From Bdellovibrionota bacterium (GTDB lineage Bacteria; Bdellovibrionota_C; UBA2361): a stretch of 35,328 nucleotides of DNA. Below the pieces are notes generated by a model. It did not search any database and was not told the DNA's origin. It saw nothing but the letters and a program-made list of their open reading frames with translations. Of this stretch, positions 10,062-18,083 are shown piece by piece. Location: contig JBILDU010000022.1 in NCBI GenBank assembly GCA_044352465.1, positions 1 through 35,328 on the forward strand, read 5' to 3'. The translations under genes were made by a program, and so were the position numbers. Within the stretch, counting starts at the first letter, position 1; the number at the start of each line of letters is the position of its first letter.

Positions 10062-10925
10062 CTAAAGGGGCTGCGGAGTGGCTTTCCCTTGACCCGGAGT
10101 GTCAAAACTCCGACCTGTCGTGGGTATATTGGGTGCCTGCGCATCCCGAGCGACGGCGAGGATTGAGTTCTCCATCCCGGTAAATTCGCGGTGGACGACC
10201 CGAATGACGTCGGGTAACGCCACGACGGTGAGAATGAGCCCGATTCCGATCGTGAGCGGAAAGCTCACGATGAAGATGTTCACCGAGGGTACCGCTTTCG
10301 AGATAAGCCCCAACACTGCGTTTGTAAGAAGCATGGCCACGAGGATCGGAGCAGAGAGCAAGACTCCAACCCGAAAGATATCGGCGCTGCGATCGATCAG
10401 GAGTTCTGCGGCTTGAGGTCCAACGATGAATTGCCCGGGAGTTACCACCCCGCCGAGTCCGGCGACGGCTTGAATCGCGAGATGATGTCCCCCAACAAGG
10501 AGAAAGGCGATGACCGCGAGATCCCCCAAAATTCGGGCGAGATCGCTCGTCACGACACCTAAGGTTGGGTCGATGAGGTTTCCCGCCGAGAGCCCCATCG
10601 ATGTCGACGCGAGCTGACCAGCTGTTTGTACCCCAGAGATGATCATAAACGGAATGAGACCGATAGCGAACCCGAGGAGGAACTCCCCCGAGAGAGCTCC
10701 CAGGAGGGCGATATTATCGCTCGGAATTAACACCGTCTGGGCGGGATTAAAGGACGCGAAAGCGAGGACGATAATCGCCGGAGCCCGAATGCGAAGCCCC
10801 CGCTCACCCCCACCGATGCCCGGGAGAACCATGAATAAACCGCTGTAGCGGGTCAAAAGAAGGAGAAACGTCCAGACGGCGTCGAGTCGAGTCGAGATAT
10901 TGAGGGCGAGATCAAGTGGATCCAT
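10062..10925 (-). CDS. fliR: Flagellar export gate protein FliR
   Basis: Multi-TM; AGQLASTSMGL, GLISKAVPSVNIFIVSFPL; synteny. Confidence 0.93.
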   Translation of the reverse strand: MDPLDLALNISTRLDAVWTFLLLLTRYSGLFMVLPGIGGGERGLRIRAPAIIVLAFASFNPAQTVLIPSDNIALLGALSGEFLLGFAIGLIPFMIISGVQTAGQLASTSMGLSAGNLIDPTLGVVTSDLARILGDLAVIAFLLVGGHHLAIQAVAGLGGVVTPGQFIVGPQAAELLIDRSADIFRVGVLLSAPILVAMLLTNAVLGLISKAVPSVNIFIVSFPLTIGIGLILTVVALPDVIRVVHREFTGMENSILAVARDAQAPNIPTTGRSFDTPGQGKATPQPL

Positions 10926-10947
10926 CGTTGAACCTTGCAGTCGGCTA

Positions 10948-11217
10948 TTACGGGGACAAGGCCGGGATCTGCCCGTATACCCAAGCGGTAAAGCTCGCGA
11001 TACGGCTAATCATAAAATGACCGAACACGACGAGGCCAACGATCGCTGCCCCGATTTTGGGGATGAATGCAAGCGCGGCATCGTTAATCTGCGTCGCCGC
11101 TTGAAAGATACTCACCGCTAAACCAGCTACCAGACCGAGGACAAGGACCGGTGCGGCAACAAGCACCGCGGTCTCGACCCCTACCCGCGCGAGCCGGAGA
11201 TAATCATCGATTCCCAT
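10948..11217 (-). CDS. fliQ: Flagellar export gate protein FliQ
   Basis: GLAVSIFQAATQINDAALAFIPKI. Start reassigned to ATG 11217 (MGIDD) behind AAGGAG. Confidence 0.94.
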   Translation of the reverse strand: MGIDDYLRLARVGVETAVLVAAPVLVLGLVAGLAVSIFQAATQINDAALAFIPKIGAAIVGLVVFGHFMISRIASFTAWVYGQIPALSP

Positions 11218-11230
11218 AGTACTCCTTTCC

Positions 11231-12025
11231 TTATCCGGTGACGTGATACGTTTGAACCAGCGAGGCGATAATGAGATGCCAGCCGTCGACCACCACAAAA
11301 AGCATCAACTTGAGCGGCAACGAAATGACCACGGGTGGCAACGTGATCATACTCATCGAAGTGAGCACCGAGGACACCACCATGTCGAGGACCAGAAACG
11401 GTAGTGCGATCAAAAATCCGATCTGAAAAGCGAGGTTGAGCTCACTCAAAACAAATGCCGGTACCGCGACATGAAACGGGATGTCGTTCACATCGGCCGG
11501 GGCCTCTGATTGGGTGATGTCGAGAAAAAGAGCGATGTCTTTCTCGCGTGCATGGCGCACCAGAAAGGCCTTCAAAGGTGCGAAGCCTTTCTCCAGTGCC
11601 TCGGTTTCGCTCATCTGCCCCTCCATGAAGGGTTTGAGCCCCTTCGAGTACATGTCACTGAAAACGGGGTTCATGATGGCGAAGGTCAGGAAAAGCGCTA
11701 ATCCGGTGATAACCATATTCGGCGGCATCGACTGAGTGCCGAGCGCGGTTCGAACCATGCCGAGCACCACCGCGATCCTGGTAAAACAGGTCATCGTGAG
11801 CATCATCGCCGGCGCAAATGAGATCGCCGACAAAAGGAGTACGAGCTTCAGGCTCGCTGAGACACCCCCGCTGTTCGAGAGCTCAGAGCCCCCGATATTA
11901 ATCGAAACATCGGGCATGGTGCTCTGCGCGGCGGCGGTGCTGACGGCGCCAAAAAGAGCCGACAGCGCGATCGCCGCGCCGACCGTTACGAGCCAACCGC
12001 GGTGAGAACTGCTTCGTCGCGACAT
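11231..12025 (-). CDS. fliP: Flagellar export gate protein FliP
   Basis: Signal peptide, MTCFTRI, RTALGTQ, PAFVLSEL, ISLPLKLMLFVVVDGW. Confidence 0.95.
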   Translation of the reverse strand: MSRRSSSHRGWLVTVGAAIALSALFGAVSTAAAQSTMPDVSINIGGSELSNSGGVSASLKLVLLLSAISFAPAMMLTMTCFTRIAVVLGMVRTALGTQSMPPNMVITGLALFLTFAIMNPVFSDMYSKGLKPFMEGQMSETEALEKGFAPLKAFLVRHAREKDIALFLDITQSEAPADVNDIPFHVAVPAFVLSELNLAFQIGFLIALPFLVLDMVVSSVLTSMSMITLPPVVISLPLKLMLFVVVDGWHLIIASLVQTYHVTG

Positions 12026-12492
12026 AACCTATCCACATCACTTAGTTCAGAAACCTGCGGCTCAAGAGCCACGACGGTCTCGCCACCGACCGAGAGGATC
12101 ATTGGGCGCCCATCGAACTCCACGAGCACGATGGCCGTCTTGCCACTGATCGGCAGTCGCTCAACAACACGTAATCGACGCGCCCGCGCGGGAGCCGGCG
12201 TGCCGGTAAATCGACGATAAAGATGCAACCCGATGAGCAACGCGCCGATCGTCACCCCGAGCGCGGTAAACATTTTAAGCGCGGTGCCTCCAACCGAGAT
12301 ATCTCCCGTGGAGCTCCAACCAGCCGTGCTACCTTCCGAACCACTCTCTCCTTTCAGAGCGGCTCGCTCCGCGGCGATCGCCCGAACCTGCTCAAGCTTC
12401 GCCGCACTCGTAGCAGCATTGCTCGCCGGCTCAGCCGCCACAGGGGAGGCAACGACCACTACGCTGAGAAGGAGGGCACCTATCAATTTCAT
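11986..12492 (-). CDS. fliO: Flagellar assembly protein FliO
   Basis: Signal peptide plus TM, followed by LRVVERLPISGKTAIVLVEF...ILSVG; lies between fliN and fliP. Confidence 0.82.
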   Translation of the reverse strand: MKLIGALLLSVVVVASPVAAEPASNAATSAAKLEQVRAIAAERAALKGESGSEGSTAGWSSTGDISVGGTALKMFTALGVTIGALLIGLHLYRRFTGTPAPARARRLRVVERLPISGKTAIVLVEFDGRPMILSVGGETVVALEPQVSELSDVDRLCRDEAVLTAVGS

Positions 12493-12875
12493 TTTAGTCC
12501 CTCAACCCGCTCAACCTGCGAGATGATATCGGTGAGGCGTACCCCGAATTTTTCGTTGACGATCACCGCCTCGCCCCGAGCGACCGGTTTGCCGTTAATA
12601 TAGATGTCGAGCGGCTCCCCGGCGAGCTTCTGGAGCTCTACGACCGACCCTGCACCGAGCTGCAGAAGATCTTGTATAGTCATCCGAGCGCGCCCCACCT
12701 CAACCGCGACCTGCAACGTCACGTCCATGATAAGATCGAGGGTCGGACCCTTGCCGGCCGCTTGCCGAGTAGCGTCGATGACCTCACCCGCCGCGTCGGC
12801 GACCTTCTCGAGGCCTTCAACAACCCCCTCGGCCCCTACTTCGGCTGCAGTACCGGGAATCTCATTCTCCGCCAT
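12489..12875 (-). CDS. fliN: C-ring switch protein FliN
   Basis: SpoA domain DVTLQVAVEVGR...GSVVEL...AGEPLDIYING...GEAVIVNEKFGVR. Confidence 0.96.
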   Translation of the reverse strand: MAENEIPGTAAEVGAEGVVEGLEKVADAAGEVIDATRQAAGKGPTLDLIMDVTLQVAVEVGRARMTIQDLLQLGAGSVVELQKLAGEPLDIYINGKPVARGEAVIVNEKFGVRLTDIISQVERVEGLK

Positions 12876-13890
12876 CTTTGATAATCTCCTGCTTATTACG
12901 GTAGTTGATCAGATCGTTCTTGGGGATCGGCCGGGTAATACGAAACGCCCGATTCCCGCGATAGCTGCCGAGATAGCTGTAAAACTTCGGCGAGCCCTCG
13001 ATTTTCACGACCGCCTCTTCCGAGGGGGTCTTATCGAGGGAGATGACATCGCCGACTTTGAGATTAAGAAAGTCGCTCGTCTTAATCTGTCCGGTGGCAA
13101 GCTCCACACTCAGATTCGCCATCGTCTGTTTTAGATTCCCCTCCATCCGGCGCATCACTCCACTATCCGCCTCGAGTCGGGTGCTCTGAAAACCGGTCGC
13201 GAGCTTGCTTCGTAACGGCTCGATCGTTGAGTAAGGAGTGCACAGGGTCAACGTGGTGCTCTCCTGCTCGAGCTCGACTTCGATAGTGACGATGATCACA
13301 ACGTCGGTCGGCGGAACGATAGCGATCGCAAGCGGATTAAACTCAGAGCGAACGTAAACGAAATCGACCGGGTGAATCGGTGCCCACGCATCTTTAAGCA
13401 CGTCGAGCGCAGTCATCACGACCTTACCGATCAAGCGGGTCTCAATCGGCGTATACTCCCGTCCCTCGATCTTTACCCGGCCTTGGCCACTCCCTCCGAA
13501 AAGACTATCGACGATGCCGTAGACGAGCGGTGAGGACACCACCATCAGCGCATAACCCGAGAGCGGAGGCATGCGGAAGATATGCAAGGAGGATGGTAGC
13601 GGCAACTTCTTCATGAAGAGACCGAACTTGATGGTCTCGATACCACCAACGTTCGCAAAGCAGGTGCGCCCGAGGAACTTCGCGAGCGAGGTACGGAACT
13701 GCCGCGCGAACCGATCGTGGATAAGCTCCATGGTCGGCATACGACCACGGATAATCCGCTCTTGATTAGCGAGATCGAACTTCTTCGCGTTCGAATGCTC
13801 AGCCGCTTCAACGGAGTCAGGCTCGACTTCTCCGTCCGAGAGACCGCGGAGAAGGGAGTTAATCTCGTCTTGTGTTAAAACCTGATTCAT
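12862..13890 (-). CDS. fliM: C-ring switch protein FliM
   Basis: N-terminal VLTQDEINSLL, ERIIRGRMPT, LFGGSG, REYTPIE, C-terminal SpoA domain. Confidence 0.96.
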   Translation of the reverse strand: MNQVLTQDEINSLLRGLSDGEVEPDSVEAAEHSNAKKFDLANQERIIRGRMPTMELIHDRFARQFRTSLAKFLGRTCFANVGGIETIKFGLFMKKLPLPSSLHIFRMPPLSGYALMVVSSPLVYGIVDSLFGGSGQGRVKIEGREYTPIETRLIGKVVMTALDVLKDAWAPIHPVDFVYVRSEFNPLAIAIVPPTDVVIIVTIEVELEQESTTLTLCTPYSTIEPLRSKLATGFQSTRLEADSGVMRRMEGNLKQTMANLSVELATGQIKTSDFLNLKVGDVISLDKTPSEEAVVKIEGSPKFYSYLGSYRGNRAFRITRPIPKNDLINYRNKQEIIKDGGE

Positions 13891-13906
13891 ACCAACTCCG
13901 CTCTTC

Positions 13907-14479
13907 CTACTGAATCACGAACTGGGTGAAATAAACTCGTTTCACCTCCTCCTTGCGGAGGATCTCGTTCACGGCATCCCGAATCTCATCGCGCAACGTA
14001 TCCCGACCTCGCGGCGTCAGGAGGTCGTCCTGAGTCTTCGAAGCAAGTAGCGAGATCAATGCGTCACGCACCGCAACGATGCGGGGATAAAGCTTCCGCG
14101 GCACCTCACGCGAGACGAACTCAAGTTGCACCTGACACCGAATGAAACGACCACCCGCCAAATTGACCACGAAGGAATCAAGGGGCAATATCGCACCGAG
14201 CGGCTCCTCTCCTTCGGTAAGCTCCGCGAAGTCGTCACCCCCCTCGGGGATCAAAACCGGCTCACCCCCTCCAGCCGCATCCGGCTCAAGGCTGTTGACC
14301 TCCGGCTCTTTCTTGCCCGAGAGCATGAAGAATGCAGCCGCGCCACCAACCACGAGAAGTGCCACCACCACACCGATGATGATGAGCGTCTGCTTCTTCG
14401 GCTTCGCCGAAGCTGCACCACCCTCTGCGGGGGCCGCTGCCTCCGACTCGCCGCTCTGTTTTTCAGCTTCATTCGCCAT
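13907..14479 (-). CDS. fliL: Flagellar basal-body-associated protein FliL
   Basis: Single TM, LDSFVVNL, VRDALISLL, C-terminal VYFTQFVIQ. Confidence 0.93.
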   Translation of the reverse strand: MANEAEKQSGESEAAAPAEGGAASAKPKKQTLIIIGVVVALLVVGGAAAFFMLSGKKEPEVNSLEPDAAGGGEPVLIPEGGDDFAELTEGEEPLGAILPLDSFVVNLAGGRFIRCQVQLEFVSREVPRKLYPRIVAVRDALISLLASKTQDDLLTPRGRDTLRDEIRDAVNEILRKEEVKRVYFTQFVIQ

Positions 14480-14482
14480 CGT

Positions 14483-15064
14483 TTACTCAGCTCTGCGCAC
14501 CGTTATCCGTGCTGTACCTCCGACGGGAAGACCCGGGATACTGCGACAATCCCCATCCATCACCGCCAACCGCACCGTCGGCCCACGACCAGCAACGTCA
14601 AAAATCTGTCGCCGTAACGTAAGCCCCCGCTCACGACCGAGGTTCTCATCCCCAGCCCCATCACAACTCTCGATCCGAACGGAAAGGGGGCGATAAGCAT
14701 CTGTCATGACAACGTTTCTTAGTCGCTCCCGCGCCTCGGCACTCAATTCCGCACCTCCCCCACCGAAGTCGGACGCGCCGAATTCGATTACCCCGATCGG
14801 ATTCAGGGGTTGGGCTTCAGGAGGAGTAGCTGCAAGTCGGGTGCCACCCTCGTCATCAACCGACGTTTGAGGCTCTAAGACACCGACCTCATTCGAAACG
14901 GTAGTTATTTGACGCTCGGAAGCGGACTCAGATGCTGGATTTAAAGGACTTACGGATATGGTCGCTATAAAAAATGAGAGGACGAGTGTCAGAATATCGG
15001 CAAACGTCGTCGACCAGCTATTGAGCCCGCTCCCCCGAGCGTAGCCCCCTTCATTGCGCTCCAT
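14483..15064 (-). CDS. motB: MotB/PomB-like stator subunit (Asp retained) with degenerate OmpA-like domain
   Basis: TM motif WSTTFADILTLVLSFF. Start reassigned to ATG 15064 (MERNE) behind AGGAGG. The C-terminal AELSAEARERL...VRIESCD...NLGRERG is only remotely OmpA-like. Confidence 0.8.
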   Translation of the reverse strand: MERNEGGYARGSGLNSWSTTFADILTLVLSFFIATISVSPLNPASESASERQITTVSNEVGVLEPQTSVDDEGGTRLAATPPEAQPLNPIGVIEFGASDFGGGGAELSAEARERLRNVVMTDAYRPLSVRIESCDGAGDENLGRERGLTLRRQIFDVAGRGPTVRLAVMDGDCRSIPGLPVGGTARITVRRAE

Positions 15065-15611
15065 CGGGGCCTCCTCGATAGAAGCGAATGGTGGTGTGGC
15101 TCGCTGTCTCAGCTGCGGCCCACTCAGGGACCCGCGATTCCACCAGGTACACCCGGAACGCACCAGCCGGAACCCCAGCCTCAAGGAGAAATTTTAGCAA
15201 TGTACGCCCCTGCCGCAACGCGATGCGGTAGTCGTCCTCACCCATCGAATCAGCGACGATATCGATCTCCGCGTCGATATCGTGAGATTTGAGAACCGCC
15301 GCGATCGCGGCCCCTTTTGCCGTGTCGAGTTCAACCGAAGCTGCCCTAAAAAGATGTTCGATTTGAATCGAATCGCTCGGAACTCGCCCCTCCCTCTCGT
15401 CTCGTGCTCCTGGGGATGTGGGGGCAGGTGCGGAGCTTGACGGAAGCGGCGTCATCTTGCTCTGGACCTTTTGCCCACCAAAAGCGCCGACGATGAAGGT
15501 AATAATAATAAGGATAAGCGTCGTATACTGGAGGGTAAATGCACGATCGGCGGGGCGCTCCGGAAGCGCGAGCGGAAGAAGCGATACACCGGGGCCCCCT
15601 GAAGGCATCAC
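15051..15611 (-). CDS. Second, degenerate MotB-like protein lacking the TM Asp
   Basis: TM FTLQYTTLILIIITFIV aligns with WxxTFADxxTLxLxFF. OmpA-like remnant LFRAASVEL...IAAVLK...IALRQGRTLLKFLLEAGVP. It abuts the motA stop and overlaps the motB start. Confidence 0.65.
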   Translation of the reverse strand: MMPSGGPGVSLLPLALPERPADRAFTLQYTTLILIIITFIVGAFGGQKVQSKMTPLPSSSAPAPTSPGARDEREGRVPSDSIQIEHLFRAASVELDTAKGAAIAAVLKSHDIDAEIDIVADSMGEDDYRIALRQGRTLLKFLLEAGVPAGAFRVYLVESRVPEWAAAETASHTTIRFYRGGPDGAQ

Positions 15612-16409
15612 TTATCCCCGCTTCGGTAGAAAACTCTGTAACCGCTGCTCAACGACGATCGTGTTGTCACGATTAGCAATACTGACGATACCTTCGATCG
15701 TTACCGAACGGAGAACCGCCTCCTCCTCGGCGCGGTTTCGCAACTTCCCCGCTACCGGCAAGAAGAGCATATTGGCCATCAACGCTCCGTAAAACGTCGT
15801 CAAAAGGGCCAACGCCATCGAGGGACCCACCTTCGTTGGGTCGCCAAGCTCTCCTAACATCTGGATAAGGCCGATGATCGTCCCAATAAGTCCCATCGCC
15901 GGAGCGTAATTTCCCAGCGTCTCAAACACCTGGATACTCCGCCACGCGAGATCGGCCGCACGCCGCGACTCGATTTCAAGGGTTCGCCGAATATCTTCAG
16001 TCGACTGACCGTCTACGCTCATTTCGAGCGCTCGGCGCAAGAACGGGTCGCGGCAGCCCCGTGCTTCACGCTCAAGGGTCAAGAAACCGTCGCGGCGCAC
16101 TACCCCCGAGAGGGTCACAAAGAACTCGATTCGACCGAGCGGCGAGTATGTTTTCTCAATCAAGATCTCCCGCAGAGCCCGCCCCGCCGCGCGGAGATCG
16201 GGGAGAGAAAAATGGACGAGACCGGAGCCGAGCGTACCTCCCAAAACGAGGAGAAAGCTCGGAATATCGATAAAATTTGCCCCCTGACCGCTCCCTAACA
16301 CCCCCAGCGCAAGGAGAAGGATACACAACCCCACCCCCCAGAGCGCGCTGCGGTCGAGCGGCTGTTCACGCGACACCGTACCTAAGGTTCGAAAATTAAA
16401 CATGGGCAT
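15612..16409 (-). CDS. motA: Stator subunit MotA/PomA
   Basis: RRDGFLTLE torque helix, APAMGLIGTIIGLIQML, GPSMALALLTTFYG, FLPVAGKL. Confidence 0.94.
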   Translation of the reverse strand: MPMFNFRTLGTVSREQPLDRSALWGVGLCILLLALGVLGSGQGANFIDIPSFLLVLGGTLGSGLVHFSLPDLRAAGRALREILIEKTYSPLGRIEFFVTLSGVVRRDGFLTLEREARGCRDPFLRRALEMSVDGQSTEDIRRTLEIESRRAADLAWRSIQVFETLGNYAPAMGLIGTIIGLIQMLGELGDPTKVGPSMALALLTTFYGALMANMLFLPVAGKLRNRAEEEAVLRSVTIEGIVSIANRDNTIVVEQRLQSFLPKRG

Positions 16410-16436
16410 CTCCCGGCTTGTTCTTCTTCTGAAATG

Positions 16437-16452
16437 AGCAAGCGATATGCCA
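16437..16452 (-). promoter_or_regulatory. Sigma-54 (-24/-12) promoter upstream of motA
   Basis: Minus strand TGGCAT-ATCGC-TTGCT, near consensus, 28 nt upstream of the motA start. Confidence 0.8.
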
Positions 16453-16465
16453 CCGCACGACGCGA

Positions 16466-16478
16466 TAACAGGTTGAAT
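16466..16478. promoter_or_regulatory. IHF-like binding site upstream of the motA sigma-54 promoter
   Basis: TAACAGGTTGAAT against YAAnnnnTTGATW (1 mismatch), 13 nt upstream of the -24 box. Confidence 0.55.
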
Positions 16479-16597
16479 CGATTATCGCGCCTCCGGTGGT
16501 CCCACCCTCCCTGCCAGATCGTTGACACACCCGAAATCGAGTTTCCCCGCGGTCGCAAAGTTGCTACGGTCGGACCACACACAGTATTCCCACGATT

Positions 16598-17665
16598 ATG
16601 TTCACCAACGACGCCTACCTCCTGACCCTCGATCCCTTCGCCGTTCAAATCACCACCACCTTTGGAATTCGGTGGTACGGACTCGCTTACCTCGTTGGCT
16701 TCTATTGCGGATATCTCCTCATCCGTTGGTTCGCTCGACGGGGGCTTTCCCCGATCGCTCCAGAGCTCGCCGGAGATTTTGTTTTTACGGTCGCCCTTGG
16801 GACCGTCATCGGTGGTCGACTCGGTTACTGCATCTTCTACTCCCCTGAGCTGCTCACTTCTTTTCGTCCAACATTTCCGTTCTGGGGTGCCTTTGCTATC
16901 AACGAAGGGGGCATGGCAAGCCACGGAGGAATTATCGGGATCATCGTCGCATGTATCCTCTTCGGTCGCCGCCACAAGCTTCCCGCGTTCCATCTTTTCG
17001 ACCTGACGACAATTGGGGGAACGATCGGTATTTTTTTCGGACGCATCGCAAACTTCATTAATGGAGAGCTCGTTGGCCGCGCGGCCCCAGCGGGCTACCC
17101 CCTCGGTGTGAAGTTCCCCCAAGATATCCTCGCCTGGCCGAGCCACGAGTGGGGTCGACTCAGCACACTTCAACCGGTCGTTGAGCAGCTCGGAATCGAC
17201 TCAGCCCGGTGGAGTGACCTGTTGGCCCGCAGCTCGCTCGACCCGCGGGCATTCGACACAGTCATTGAGGCGCTCCACCGCATCACCACCGCAATACAAG
17301 GTGGCAACGAAGCTCTCGCCACCCTCCTCGCCCCGCTCTTGACCACCCGTTACCCTTCCCAACTGATCGCGGCACTCCTGGAGGGTCTCCTCCTCTTCGT
17401 GGTGTTGATGCTGGTGTGGCGCATCCCCCGCCGCCCTGGCGTGATCGCGGGCTGGTTCTTTTCCCTCTACGCCGTCGTGCGGATAATCGGCGAGGAGTAC
17501 CGCCTGCCCGATCTGCAGATCGGCTTCCAGCTCTTCGGGCTTACCCGGGGACAATGGCTCTCCCTCGTCATGCTCATCTTCGGCTTGATCTTTCTCGTGG
17601 TGGCATCCCGCCGCCGCGAGGCACCCTTGGGTGGCTGGAGGACACGCTTTCAAAATCTACGGTGA
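16598..17665 (+). CDS. lgt: Prolipoprotein diacylglyceryl transferase
   Basis: IRWYGLAY, IGGRLGY, GGMASHGG, GRIANFINGELVGR, PSQL, LTRGQWLS. Confidence 0.96.
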   Translation: MFTNDAYLLTLDPFAVQITTTFGIRWYGLAYLVGFYCGYLLIRWFARRGLSPIAPELAGDFVFTVALGTVIGGRLGYCIFYSPELLTSFRPTFPFWGAFAINEGGMASHGGIIGIIVACILFGRRHKLPAFHLFDLTTIGGTIGIFFGRIANFINGELVGRAAPAGYPLGVKFPQDILAWPSHEWGRLSTLQPVVEQLGIDSARWSDLLARSSLDPRAFDTVIEALHRITTAIQGGNEALATLLAPLLTTRYPSQLIAALLEGLLLFVVLMLVWRIPRRPGVIAGWFFSLYAVVRIIGEEYRLPDLQIGFQLFGLTRGQWLSLVMLIFGLIFLVVASRRREAPLGGWRTRFQNLR

Positions 17666-17668
17666 CCG

Positions 17669-18022
17669 ATGAACGACCTACAAAAAATGACCGCGCGGAT
17701 CCTGGCTTTTCGTGACGCTCGCGACTGGGCGCAGTTTCATACCCCCAAGGATATGGCGCTCTCGCTGGTACTCGAAGCGGCCGAGCTCGCCGAGCACTTT
17801 CAGTGGAAGAGCGACGCCGAGACGAGGCATCACGTCGCGGCCAAAAGCGGCGCGATCGCCGACGAACTGAGCGATGTCCTCTACTGGGTTCTCCTCATGG
17901 CCCACGATTTCGGGGTGGATCTTCCCGCTGCATTTGAGCAAAAGATGCAGAAAAATGAGGCGAAGTATCCGGTCGAAGCTGCCCGGGGAAAGCACACGAA
18001 ATACGACGACCTCGCCAAATAG
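17669..18022 (+). CDS. MazG-like all-alpha nucleotide pyrophosphohydrolase (DCTPP1-like)
   Basis: FRDARDWAQFHTPKD, EAAELAEHFQW, DELSDV, KMQKNEAKYP. Confidence 0.92.
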   Translation: MNDLQKMTARILAFRDARDWAQFHTPKDMALSLVLEAAELAEHFQWKSDAETRHHVAAKSGAIADELSDVLYWVLLMAHDFGVDLPAAFEQKMQKNEAKYPVEAARGKHTKYDDLAK

Positions 18023-18083
18023 AGGCTCACTGAACCGACCCGCCCCTCTTTGATTTCCCTTGAGGCCCCCCGCAGGAGCAAAG

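Noticed and set aside
16382..17173. 263-aa minus-strand ORF overlapping lgt and the motA promoter
   Set aside because: It is an antisense shadow of lgt and runs through the sigma-54 promoter region.
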